Source: Chrysomallon squamiferum (taxonomy: Eukaryota; Animalia; Mollusca). Taken from it: 64,000 bases of DNA. The notes under the pieces were generated by a model that did not search any database, had not been told where the DNA came from, and worked only from the letters and a program-made list of their open reading frames with translations. Positions 1 to 13,419 of the stretch are shown here, in pieces. How positions within the stretch are numbered: position 1 is the first letter of the stretch; every line of letters begins with the position of its first letter. The position numbers and the translations under genes were made by a program. The stretch is from positions 23,994,001-24,058,000 of the forward strand of contig CM022673.1 of the NCBI GenBank assembly GCA_012295275.1, read 5' to 3'.

Positions 1-58
1 GACTGAAAACAAAAGAGAATTTTGTTTTCAAAAGTAAACTTTTAAGTTCTGTGATACA

Positions 59-1576
59 ATGGCAAGCAGAAGACAGTTTCAGTACTGCAAGGTGATCATC
101 GCCACATCGATGGTGTGGGTGATGCTGGATGTGTTTCTGCTCATGTACTTCACTGACTGCACACAGATGTCTGACTGCAGGAGGAAAACAGAACAGTCTG
201 GAGATCTGCAACAACCACAGAAACAAAAAATAGGTTTTCTACAGAAGATCCTGCCTAAAGGTTTTTATTATCCACTTTTCAATTATTGTGTTAAATTTAA
301 AAACAAAAAAATAATAATAATTTTTAACAATCACACTTAATATTTGTGACTGATTTGTTTTCATTACTAATAATTTATGTTAGTTTAGTTAGTGTAGATT
401 TTTTAAAATAACCCACAGTTAAAAATAACTTGAGATAATTATCTTGAGAAAAGTTAACAATTTAATGACCAGTTTACAAACATTTTTCTTTATCAGGTTT
501 TGTAATACTTATATACAGAATATACTGACATAAATGAACAATCAATTTAATTATCAGTGTAGTACTGTTATCGTGACAACGAAGATGCTTAATATTTGTA
601 CAGCAAGATGTAACCGATATTAAAATAACTACACACTGTACATAGAGAAAGACATCTGAAATACTCTACAAATATGTACATGAAAGAATTCAGGTGGTGT
701 TGTATATATATGTGAAACTCTACTTGTGTGACTCAGTTCAACTGATTTTAGTATTTTCAGAGTATGGAACACTTCAGACTGTATTTTAAAACACTGCACT
801 GCAAAGAGTGTTTAATTTAAAGTTCCAGAATTAATGGATTTCTTCCATTACTTTGCAATATTCTGTGCTGTTTTATTGATGGGTGTGTCTCTTAAATACA
901 CCAGTAATTACACAGTGTTGGCTTTCTAACTGAAAACACCTGTGCAAATGAGGCACAGGTGAAAAATATTAATAACAACATCTCATTTAGTTCATGGGGA
1001 GACACACAGAAAAATTAAATAGACAGAGAACTCTGTTTACAATATTTCAGATTTTTTTAATATATACATAGTGTGCACACACTTTAAAATGATTGATTCA
1101 TCTTAATATTAACACTAAATGCCATTGCTGTTGTCATGGTAACACTCAGTATTGCATTGATAATAAATGCATTGTTCATTTATGTGACTATAACCTATCA
1201 GATAAAGAAAAAAAAGTCTATAAACTGGTTGTTTACATATTTTATATATATGTATGTTTAGAGAGAGAAGGGGAAAGAAAGATACTGAATGAGTGAAACT
1301 ACTATTTGTTTGTATGTATATATGTATAAACATATATAAACACATTTTTATTGCTATACATAAATATAGAAACAGCCTTTCCAATATTGATTTTAGATGT
1401 GAAATAATAACAGGGACAATGTGACTCATGCAATATTAGCATATACAAAAATCATTTCTTGTGTTTGTAAGAAATTTTAGTTTTAATTTTAGAAATAAAA
1501 ATGTGTCAATGTGTGTCCCTAAATATGTTTATACATACATACATACATACATACATACAGGCAGTTTCACTCATTT

Positions 1577-1647
<71 letters not shown>

Positions 1648-3099
1648 TGTTTACCCTGACCATCATCAGTCATCATGTCTTTTCTCTCACTCATTATGAA
1701 TTTGCTTATGTGTATTAAAACTGTCCATTCTGATATCTATTTTTCTTTTTTAAATTAAGACACATTTATTTTTGTATTTCTAAGTGTATGTGCATGTATA
1801 TGTATATGTCTCTGTGAATATATGTGTGTATGTGTATGAGTTTGTGCATGTATGTGTTTGTGACTATATGAATGTATATGGTTGTATGTGTTTGTGTGTG
1901 TGTGTGTGTGTGTTTCAACTGTACATATTTGTAGTATTTTCATTTTGTGTTTAGGTCTGTTGCCACAGCTAACACCAAATGGCCCAGGGGAGATGGGCAA
2001 AGCTGTCCAGGTACCAAAGGAAAGAGAACAAGAGGCAAAGGAAAAGTTTAAAATAAATCAGTTCAACTTGGTGGCAAGTGATATGGTATCCCTCAACAGA
2101 TCTCTGCCTGATTACAGGATGGATGGGTATGTGTGTGTTTTGTGTAGAAAACTTGAAGTAAAACGTGCTATTCAGTTTGTTATTTTATTTTTATACAGAA
2201 AACGTGTGGTAAAGGTAATAGGATCTTCATTTATCATCACTTCAGGACACTGTGGGTTTTTTAAATCAACTTTTTCAAAGTAATTATAATATTTTAATAA
2301 TAATGTGATAGAGGAGAGAAAACAAATTCCAAAACATGCATATGTCTCTAACTGATCTTATATATGTGTGTGTGAGTGTGTATGTGTGTGTGTGTGTGTG
2401 TGTGTGTTTTGTAGACAAAATTTGAAATATTACTTTTTATATTAATATAGGTCAAAAATAAAATCTCTGCCACAGTTGTCACTTTATTTATTTTTTTATT
2501 AATGCATTTAGCTTAATTTTGCTCATATTGTTTGACAGAGACGATAGTCAAAAAAATATACATCTATACTGTCTGAACTAAATTAGTTTATATGTATTGA
2601 TGTAGGCTAAAATGAAAACTGACGTAGAATGAAAATACAGTATGTAGACTAAAATTACAATCTGCTGTTGACAGGTGTAAGAAGAGGAAACTTCCACCTG
2701 TTGAAGATCTGGCCAAAACCAGCATCATCATCGTCTTTCACAACGAAGCGTGGTCAACGCTGCTGCGCACAGTACACAGCATCATCAACCGCACACCACA
2801 ACCTTTGTTAGAAGAAATCATCCTTGTTGACGATGCCAGCGAGAAAGGTTAGTTTATTTATTAAAGTAGCAGTTTACTGATTGTTTGTGATAAATTGTCT
2901 GTTAACATCAGTTGTTGATTTATATTTGTTTATTAATCAAACCAGTGTTAAGTTCATGCATGTGTTAGCAACCAATGTAAACATGTTTCTGTATTACCTG
3001 CAGTTACTGTCAGAAAATTAACTGAGTGTCTTAAAATAGTTGTTAAGGGTAAATGCAGACATTGTTTCTTAAAATTGTTATTAACAACATTATGTATCT

Positions 3100-3133
<34 letters not shown>

Positions 3134-3795
3134 TTTATATTATTATTTTTATTGTTAACAAATGCATAGATGGTGTGTGAAAGAAAAACAAGTGCAGTAA
3201 TCGAAAACAAACAAAAAATTTCATATTATTATAAACAATAATATTACACAAAACTTTAATTTCTTTGACACTTTTTTTTTTTTTTTTTTTTTTTTTTTCA
3301 TTTAACATACCAATTTTTCTCCTTTGAAATGCAGTTTACTCCATGAGTTACTTATTGTCTTTGTATCTTAAATGCTACCTTTTTTTTTTTTTTTTTTTTG
3401 AATTTCCTCTGACCCTCACTCTCTGTTGTTAATTTACACATGTTAATCTGCCAATAAAAGAAAATGGTTTACACAAAAGGTGCAGTCACCTTCCTGGAAA
3501 ATTGACTTCTTCTGTCAATTGTTTTTTTAATTTTTTTATTTTTTTTATTTTTGTGTGTGTGGTCACAACAAACAAAGATTAGCCCAGATTGGTATAAAAT
3601 GTTGACAAATTGTGTTTTGTTTTGAAACAGCCCCGGAAGGTCATTCAGTCAGATCAAACATTGTTTATTGATTTTTACAGATCAGGATGCAAATTTTGGT
3701 AAAAAAAAAACAGTTTTCTTGCATCATCAATAATTTTCTTTAACTTGGTTTTAGTTCTTCCATTATTATTTTAGCAAGCTAATACCACTGAGCAC

Positions 3796-3835
<40 letters not shown>

Positions 3836-6800
3836 TATTATTGTCATCCTTATTATTATTATTATTATTGTCATCCTTATCATTATTATTATTGTTGTTG
3901 TTTATTTGTGGGTTTGTAAGAGAAATATTTATTTCAACATCTCTGCACAATAATATTATAAAAATTTCTATTTTGTGTGTTTTGGGGTGTTGGTATTCTA
4001 TTCACATATATATATATTTAAAAAATAAACATTTAAACATTTAAAAAAAATATATATATATTCACATGTATATGTAAATATATATATTTTAAAAATCTAC
4101 ATATAATAAAAATCATAATAACTAAATGCTTTATTCTGGAGCTCATGTTGGAACAGGATTAATTTAGAATTATGTCATATTAATCACTGAACTGTAATTG
4201 AAAATTATTCGTGATGTTTATAAAGACCTGATGTTATGTTGTGTTTATGTGGGACTGGTCAGTGGCAAATGTCCCTAAAATAATTCTTGTAAATTTATAT
4301 AACTATATTAATATTAGTGATTAAATAAATAATAACAATAGTAAAAATAATTAACAGAAAACAAATATTAATAATAACAAAAAAGAAAAAGCCAGTGGAA
4401 TTCCACACATGTTGCAAATGAAATATTTTATTGAATGTTAATAACTTGTAACATGTTTGTGTGTAGTTACACACATTTTATTAAAGAGAGATGGGAACTG
4501 TTAACATGTGGTCAGTAAAACTAGTAATACTGTGTTTGTAATGTCTGTTAATACTATTTTCACAATCACTGTTAATTTCTGCACAAATACACTATTAACA
4601 TTATTTTGCTATATGTTAATTTGCACATAAATATACTTTAAAATTTTCAACAAAAAAAAAGTAAAATTAAGAAAAAGAAATTACAGTCAGTATTAATTTG
4701 AATATACTATTAACTTTTAACATTTTTATCATCAGAATTTGCAGACAAAGAAATATTTTGGCAAAATGTGTTCTACTGCTTCACAGTCAACTGTGAATGT
4801 TTAAACTTTTTTCTTTTCTTTCCCAACAAAAGACAGAAATGCAGGCTGTTTAACTTACTGCTTACTTATAGAATACTTACACATTCAGTAATAATTTAAA
4901 ACATAATACTGATACATCTTTTTTACTTGTAAATAATTAGTAATCATGTTTTTGATGATTTTTTAAAAGTATGCTGAGTAGTAGTAACTAATTTGTTACG
5001 AATGTAATAGAATATGCAGTAGTTTCATTCTTTATTATTTTCCTTCAGATTTTTGTATTTTATTATAACTGCTTCTTTTGTTGTTATTTCTTTATTTTAT
5101 ATGATCAATATTATAATAACGATTATTTATTTATTTACTAATGTTTGTTTATTCATGAAAAAACAATATATGCAGTATGTTTATTAATTTATGTAACATA
5201 TTATTGTCACATGTAAATTTAACTTTAATTTTGCTGTAACTGAAATGTGACACTTAGAGAGTGGTAGTGTCTGGTTGACAGACAATGAAACTTTGTTGTT
5301 ACAGAACATCTGGGAAGGAAGCTGGATGACTACGTGTCTAAACTACCTCGCAGAGTGAGAATCATCCGCCTCAAAAAGAGAACTGGTTTGATACGAGCTC
5401 GACTCATAGGTAAACTTACACACTGTTAATCAAATAGCCACATCACATCACACAGTTAGCCACAACACATCAAAACCAGCTGCATCATATCACAAAACCA
5501 GCCACATCACATCACATCACATCACAATACACAACTTGCCACATCACATCACACAACCAGCCACATCACATCACACAACTTGCCACATCACAATACACAA
5601 CCAGCCACATCACATCACACAACTTGCCACATCACAATACACAACCAGCCACATCACATCACACAACTTGCCACATCACAATACACAACCAGTCACATCA
5701 CATCACACAACTTGCCACATCACAATACACAACCAGCCACATCACATCACATTGTAATAAACCTGCGCTGAATAAATGCAGAGCTTGGTATATATTTGAT
5801 AGGTCAAACTCCTCCGATACCTGACATCTCTACTTAGATATATATTTTTTTCATCCTCCTTACAAGCTTTTTGTTCTGTCTTTGAATAGCAGAGAGATAT
5901 ACAACAGTTTTACTTAATTGTGATGTAGAACAATTATAATTCATTGTGTCATAGAACAATTACACTTCATTGTTTTGTCTCATAATGATTACACTTCTGA
6001 TCTTTTATCACATACAACAATTATACTTCAGTTTTATCACATACAACAATTATACTTCAGTCTTATCACATACAAGTTATACTTCAGTTTTGTCACATAC
6101 AACAATTATACAATTCAATTTTATCACATACAGCAATTATACTTCAGTTTTATCACATACAGCAATTATACTTCAATTTTATCACATGCAACAATTATAC
6201 TTCAGTTTTATCACATACAGCAATTATACTTCAGAGTGTGTAACTGGCACTTCTGAAAAATCTAAAATAAAAGAAAATAAAAATATAAATACAAATACAA
6301 AAATCTGAGAACTGTTTTTGTACAGCAAGAGATAGATATGCACATTACAATAATGTTGTTTGTTCAGTTTATTGACTATTTGACGACTGCATGTATATTG
6401 CAGCAGATAATTAAGATTTTGATATAAAAGGGAACGATTTAATAATAACAGTTGTACTGCAGTTTTATCAGCATATTTTACTGACACCTGTTACCTCAAA
6501 TTATATAACTTTCTGAATTGTGTTGATTTTTTAAAGTGAAATACTGATATTTAGTATTTTTATTTTATTTTTATCTTTATCTATTAATGCTTATATTGAA
6601 GGGAATTTATCATTATATATTTTATTTTTTTATTTATTTTTTTTATTATATATTTATGTTATGTTATGTTATATTATATTATAGATTAGGTTTGTTTTTA
6701 TTTGTTTATTATTATTTTTACATATTTTACTAATTACTATATATATATATATATATATATATAGAAAGATTGAAGAATACTATTACATAAATAATGAAAT

Positions 6801-9800
6801 TAAATTTTTCAGGAGCAAAGGAAGCTACAGGCAAAGTGTTGACATTTCTTGATGCTCACTGTGAATGCACAGAGGGCTGGCTGGAACCACTGTTAACAGA
6901 GATTCACAAAGACAGGTATAACACATTGTGTGTAATGTATAACACAGTAACACACAAAGTGTATAACACTGTGTAACATATCACACACACAGTATATAGC
7001 ACATTTATATCATACAGTGTATAACGCATTTATATCTCATACACTATATATAACACATTTTTAAAAAACTATGTATAATATATTGTAATATACAGACTAA
7101 TTATTTATTTGTATCACACAGAATTTATATTATATTTAGTATCACACACACTGTGTATAATATTCTTTGTATCACACAATGTATATTATATTTAATATTA
7201 TACAGACTGTATAATACATTTAATTTAGTATCACACAAGCCATGTATAAATTATAATAAACTTTGTATATCATGAATTTGTTCAATACACTTTTTGTCAT
7301 AAGATAGATATAAAATACACATTTTTATATTTAACTTACATCTTTTATTAATTCATGTTAATTAAATATACATTATTAAAATTTAGTTTATGTTAATTAA
7401 ATATTCAGTTTTTGTTAATTTAAATTACAGTTTTTATTAATTTAAGTAACGTTTTGTTTTTTTATATTAATTTATATTAATTTAAATTACAGTTTTTATT
7501 AATTTAAGTAACCTTTTTTTTTGTTTTTATATTAATTTAAAATTAAAGATATAATTTTTAATTAATTTGTATTAATTAATTATTTTTTGTTAATGAAGTT
7601 GCCTGTTTTGTTTGCAGGACGTCTGTGGTGTGTCCAATAATTGACGTCATCAGTGACGACACATTTGAGTACATCACTGGTTCAGACATGACTTGGGGCG
7701 GATTCAACTGGAAACTCAATTTCCGCTGGTATCCTGTCCCCCAGAGAGAACTAGAGAGACGGGGTGGGGACAGAAGTCTACCTACCAGGTAAATATTTGT
7801 ATATTCTGTGTTTTAAATAAACAGTCGAAATTTCAATTTTTTAATTTTTTTTTAAATTTTTAATTTTTTAATTTTTGGTTTATTTTACAAATGTTTATCC
7901 ATAGTTGTTTGCTGGGGTTTTTTTGTATGTATGAATATGTTGTATACATATTTTTTTTTTGTTACTTAATATTTATACATAATACATAGATTTGTGGTTT
8001 TTGGATGTAATCACTGCATAGATTTGTCTAATCTATATGTAAGATGATTGTTTGTGTCTCTCTATGTTGTGTGTGTGAGAAAAACAAGTATTAACACAAT
8101 TCACATTTATATATATATATATATATATACCATTTTGTTACACAGGACACCTACAATGGCAGGAGGTCTGTTTGCTATAGACAGGGATTACTTCTATGAG
8201 ATTGGTTCCTATGATGAGGGGATGGATATATGGGGTGGAGAGAACTTGGAAATGTCTTTCAGAGTAGGTGTCATCATTGTCGTTTTATTTTTGTTTTGTT
8301 TAATTATTTTTTTTATTATTTATAATAATGTTCTGGATATGTTCTAATATATATTCATAACACTCGATTTTATTTTATTTTATTTAAATAATTGTATAGT
8401 AGTATTTTAACATTTTACAGAACTTACAGAAAAATGCTGATAATGATGTTTTGTTGTAAACATATACACAGATAGATGTTGTAATAATACAGTGTATGTG
8501 TAAACTGTTCTGAAGGTCTGGATGTGTGGAGGTAAGATTTTCATTGTGACATGTTCAAGAGTGGGCCATGTCTTCAGGAAAACGTCGCCATACACATGGC
8601 CTGGTGGGGTGGCACGCATCATCAACCACAACACTCAGCGCATTGTAGAAGTGTGGATGGATGAATACAAAGAATTCTTTTATAAAATAAATCCAGGTGA
8701 ATCATTTAAATATTAATTATACACATGTGTGTGTGTGTGTGTGTTCAGTTCAGAAAAATTAGTAATTGTAACAAACAAATAAAATGTTTTAAAAATTTTA
8801 AAAAACCATTCTTCAAAATAAATTTAAGAATTAAAATAATCACTTTTGTTTCATTTTAATTAAACATAAACTTTGTTTTCAATTTTCTTTTTACTTTATA
8901 TCAAATGTCTAATAGTAAATGTATTTTGAATTTAACATAAAGCAGAATTTTAAATTTTTTATTTCTTTTGAATTAATTACACCTTAAGCATTATTTTTAA
9001 TTTCATTCTGAGCTGGTTAAAATTAAATATTTTATTAAATTGCTCTTTTCAATTTTGTGTTTTATAATTTTGTATTAAAAGTAAATTGTGTGTTTACAGG
9101 TGTGAAGAACACAGTGTATGGAGATGTGACAGAAAGAAAAGAATTCAGAAAACGTCTGAAATGTAAAAGTTTCCGTTGGTACTTAGAAAACATTTATCCT
9201 GAGTCCCAGCTTCCAGTGGACTACTTCTCTTTAGGGGAGGTAAGATTTGTGTAGTTTTATTTTAACTTGATTAGTCTGCTTGTTCACATTCCTCTTTCCT
9301 CTGTCAGTGATCCATGATAGTGAAAGCAGGATCTTGAAGTATTTGTGATTACAAAACTCCATATTGTCAGTGTTTTAATGTTCATAAAACATTATGAATG
9401 TCGTAAGATTGTGAATAATATTATAATACTTTAAAAATGCATCTACTCTCTGCAAATTGACATATTGTATTTTCAGATTAGGAACAAAGAAACCAATCTG
9501 TGTATTGACACTATGGGTCGTAAAAGTGGAGAGAAGGTGGGAATGGTGGGCTGTCATGGTATGGGAGGTAACCAGGTACGTTATTTTTATCTGATATCAA
9601 AAATAACATTGTAAGGATTAGTGTAGTGATAAAAACAAATAATTTAGATGCGATTTTGTGAAATATTGCTAAATATGAAAAATTAAGAGAAAACTTAAAT
9701 TCATGTTATTAAACAGCTAAACTTGATTTTATTAGTTTGAAAGCATTGTGCTGTATTTATTATTATTATTATCCATTCATTTTGGAATTCTTGATTAACA

Positions 9801-12503
9801 ATGACATTTTCAGATCACATCTGTTGCTATATTTCTATATCAGACATAAATTATATTGATATATAAAAAAAATATGAAAACTGATTAATTTGTAGTCAGA
9901 GTGAGATTACTTAACATTCTAGATTACTTACTGAATATAGTAAAATTGCATGATATTTGTTAAGTAAAGTTAGTATAAACTCCATTACTTATTTATTTAT
10001 TTTTAAATGTGTTATTATGTATGATTTGAAGATTCATGTGTTTAAATTTTTGTTCTATGTTTTGATTATCAGATCTTCTTAAAGACCTCGATGTTATTTA
10101 ACAACTTTGTTTTTTTACAGATTGTTTTAACAGCTGACATCTGCTCAAGTAACTAACACCTAAACACCTAATTACATAAATATATGTATTTCTTTGTTTT
10201 CTATCACATTCTAGTCTGGAGTACCAAAGGCTCTGGCAGATGGTGTCATACAATACTGTATAAAAGATATCAGAAACAGCAGCAGGTTCTCAGTACACAT
10301 GACTGTTAACTTGTAATTGTTGTTGTTTTTGTTATTAAAATATGTTTGGTAAATGTTCTCAGGTGCATTGTTACCTTGCCTCGTTCGTTTCAGGTGTTTT
10401 CTTACACCAGAAAGAAAGCTGTACAAACTGATGACTTATGTTTGGACATTTCCTCAGTGAATGGCCCTGTTAAACTTTATCAGTGCCATGGGTTAGGAGG
10501 CAACCAAAAATTTGAATATAATAAGGAGGTATTGGATCAGTTGTAAAAAGGGTTTAACATTAAACTATCTGCCAAGAAATCACCTGTGTGTTTTTAATCT
10601 AAAGTGTGTTAAACAAAACTAATTGAACTGACACAAATTTCTCCTTGTCAGAAATATATTCCTAACTTTTTAATACTTTTGTGTCTTCATCTTTCTGCTT
10701 GCTTGCCACATTAAAACGTCTTGTTGCTAATATCTCCTTCATGGCCTGAAATTAAAATAAACTTTTATTAAAAGTAAAATGTGAAGTAAACTTTTACACG
10801 TATTATTTTAAAAATGTAAATAAATTTACTGTGATGTACTTTGTTCTTGGCAGTCAGTTACTGATGTTAACTTGAAAAAAACAGGCTGTTTTATGTTTGT
10901 TTGTTTGTTTGTTTGTTTGTTTTGTTTTGTTTTGTTTTTTCACCAAGCAGAACAAAGCATGGGAAAATATATATTATATATAGTTGAGTTACTTCTATAT
11001 GTATTTTGAAAAGGGTGATGGATGTACAAAGTCTGTAACCATGGTAACATGTTTTTAAATATAGTGAGGGATATTACATTTAGGTAAACAGATTATCAGA
11101 AAATATCAATAATATAAAGAATACTGAAATAAATACCAGAGAAAACCTAAAACTAGTGAAATCTTTAAAAAACTAATTTCTATTGCATAGTTATTATTTA
11201 TAGTCTCTAACAGCTAAATTAAATTGCTTACCTCTCTTTTAATAAAATTACAGAACCATGCATGCTGGCTAATAATGGGTTTTGTATCTTGTCCTTTAAT
11301 GATAACCTACTTTTTTCTGATCTGCAGTATTTGAAATAAGGTGGGAGACTTTGGGATGTTGTCAGTTTAAAGGGAGACTAGTCTGATACATAGACACCTT
11401 CATTTATTTATTTGACATTCAAAGGGAAATTACTCTTGTTGGGATGTCAGTGGAACTCTCCTGCTTTGTTCTAGTTCTGTGATGTGAAAAACCAAATCAT
11501 CACAGAAAACATTTAATGTTGAAGTTTATTATTTTCTTTCAGAATAGTTATTTGAGATCTGGCTTGGCATACCTGCATGATCGGTTTTCTAATTTAGATT
11601 CTGTTATGCTGGTTGATTTGATTTTTGTTTTTAAATTTTACTTTGGCACCTTGCATCAGGTTTTTGCGTTTACTAAGAAGAAGTTGATAATGACTGATGA
11701 CAATTTGTGTGTAGAGGCTCACAGTGGAGCTGTCTGGTTCACTAACTGTGATAACAGCTTAGGAAGGCTAGAGTGGGATTTTGATTTCCAGGTAGAAATA
11801 GTTCTCAGTAAAACTGACGAAATAAATACTCTAAATTTTGATCATCAAGATATACACTGATCATTACACACTGATACACCTTCATGTTTTGTCAAACAAG
11901 CATTTTCTGATGACTTTCAAAATGAAAAAATGTATTCACCAGTAAATAAAATAAAAATACAACAGTGTCACTGTTAGTGTTTACATTCAAATATTACAGA
12001 TCTCAGATAGTTTATCCAAATATCTGCCAAATTATTATCACCATTATTATTTTGTTTTTATTTAAACATTGGCCTTTACTGAACAGACTAGTGGAATTTC
12101 TGCTGGGGAAATTTTGTATATTTTTAACAACACTACAGCTGATTTGAATTGTTTTTGTTTATCATATATTTTGATCATCCAAACTGGAGGTACATAATTT
12201 TTGAAAAAGGTCTGCCTGTCTATCCATTTAAATCATGATTTTTGATGACAGATTTAAGTAACAGATAATATTTCCACTATAAAGTCATCAGAAAATACAC
12301 ATACATAATACAACCCTTACGTGATAAATAACTGTGTGTATCAGTGTTATTTTGATCACCAAGTAAATAAGTAAATATGCAATAAGTATTTATTACTTGT
12401 TAAATATACACAAAGAAAATTAATTAATTTCATATCAACTTACTGAGTTTGTTATAAATAAATGATAATAATAACTGTTACATTTCAGTTTATTTAATTT
12501 TGT

Positions 12504-12562
<59 letters not shown>

Positions 12563-13377
12563 AATATAATTTTCTGTGACTCAAACAGCTTCTGGTAACA
12601 GGTGCCTCTGGTTTATTTTTTCTTTCTTTTTATTTTATTTTATTTTTTTTTCTTATTTATTTGTTGTTGTTTGTTATTTTTTTTTTTTTTTTTTATTGTT
12701 ATTATTATTTTTTTTTTTTTTTTTTGTTATAAAATTGTTAAATTTTTTTTTTTTTTTTTTTGGCATGTTTACTGCATGTTAATTTCTTAATCTGTTGTTT
12801 TCTTTTCTGCTTTGTCTCAGTGTCTGTCTCTTTGTCCCTGTTTGCATCATAAATATTAGCCAGCTTGATATTGCATGGTAACAACTGAAATAAATTGTGA
12901 TGGGAATATGCATAAAAATAGAATATAAAAAATAATAACAATTACTTCTCTTAACTTTTTCTTTTTTTTTTTAATTTGAAGATTATAAAGATATTAAAAA
13001 TACTTAATTTAAAAAATAATAAATAACAATAATAAAATTAATTAAATATGTTATAAATTAAAAAAATGAATCGTGCAAATATATAAGCCATGTGATTGAT
13101 TTCAAGTTTAGGCAGCTACATTACAATAATAATATTAATAAATAAATAAATTAAAAAAAACAAAAAAAAAACAAGTAAATGGTTTTCATCCAGTATTAAT
13201 GTTTAATTTCTTAATAATAATCAGTTTTATTCTCTTATCTTCCCTGCTTCTTACCATAACATTTTACAAAGCAAAGAAAAAAAAAAATTATAAAAAAATT
13301 AAAAGTAATAATTTGTTTCAAAATCATTGTTGCTTGGTGTAATTTCATTTAAATTTAAATTTTTATATTATTTACTG

Positions 13378-13419
<42 letters not shown>

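Noticed and set aside
10215-10316. Open frame [20 protein letters not shown]... after a ctag acceptor, a possible third lectin exon
   Set aside because: No ricin motif or homology to exons A/B and no good in-phase donor; better explained as an intronic element.
11902-12296. TGATGA/CTGA motifs suggesting an intronic C/D snoRNA
   Set aside because: No properly spaced RTGATGA...CTGA pair with a terminal stem or recognisable rRNA antisense element.
12589-12877. Possible 6-nt microexon (CTTCTG) and 57-nt stop-containing exon (12821-12877) in the GALNT intron
   Set aside because: Donors (gtaaca) are weak and there is no homology support; not distinguishable from chance without reads.
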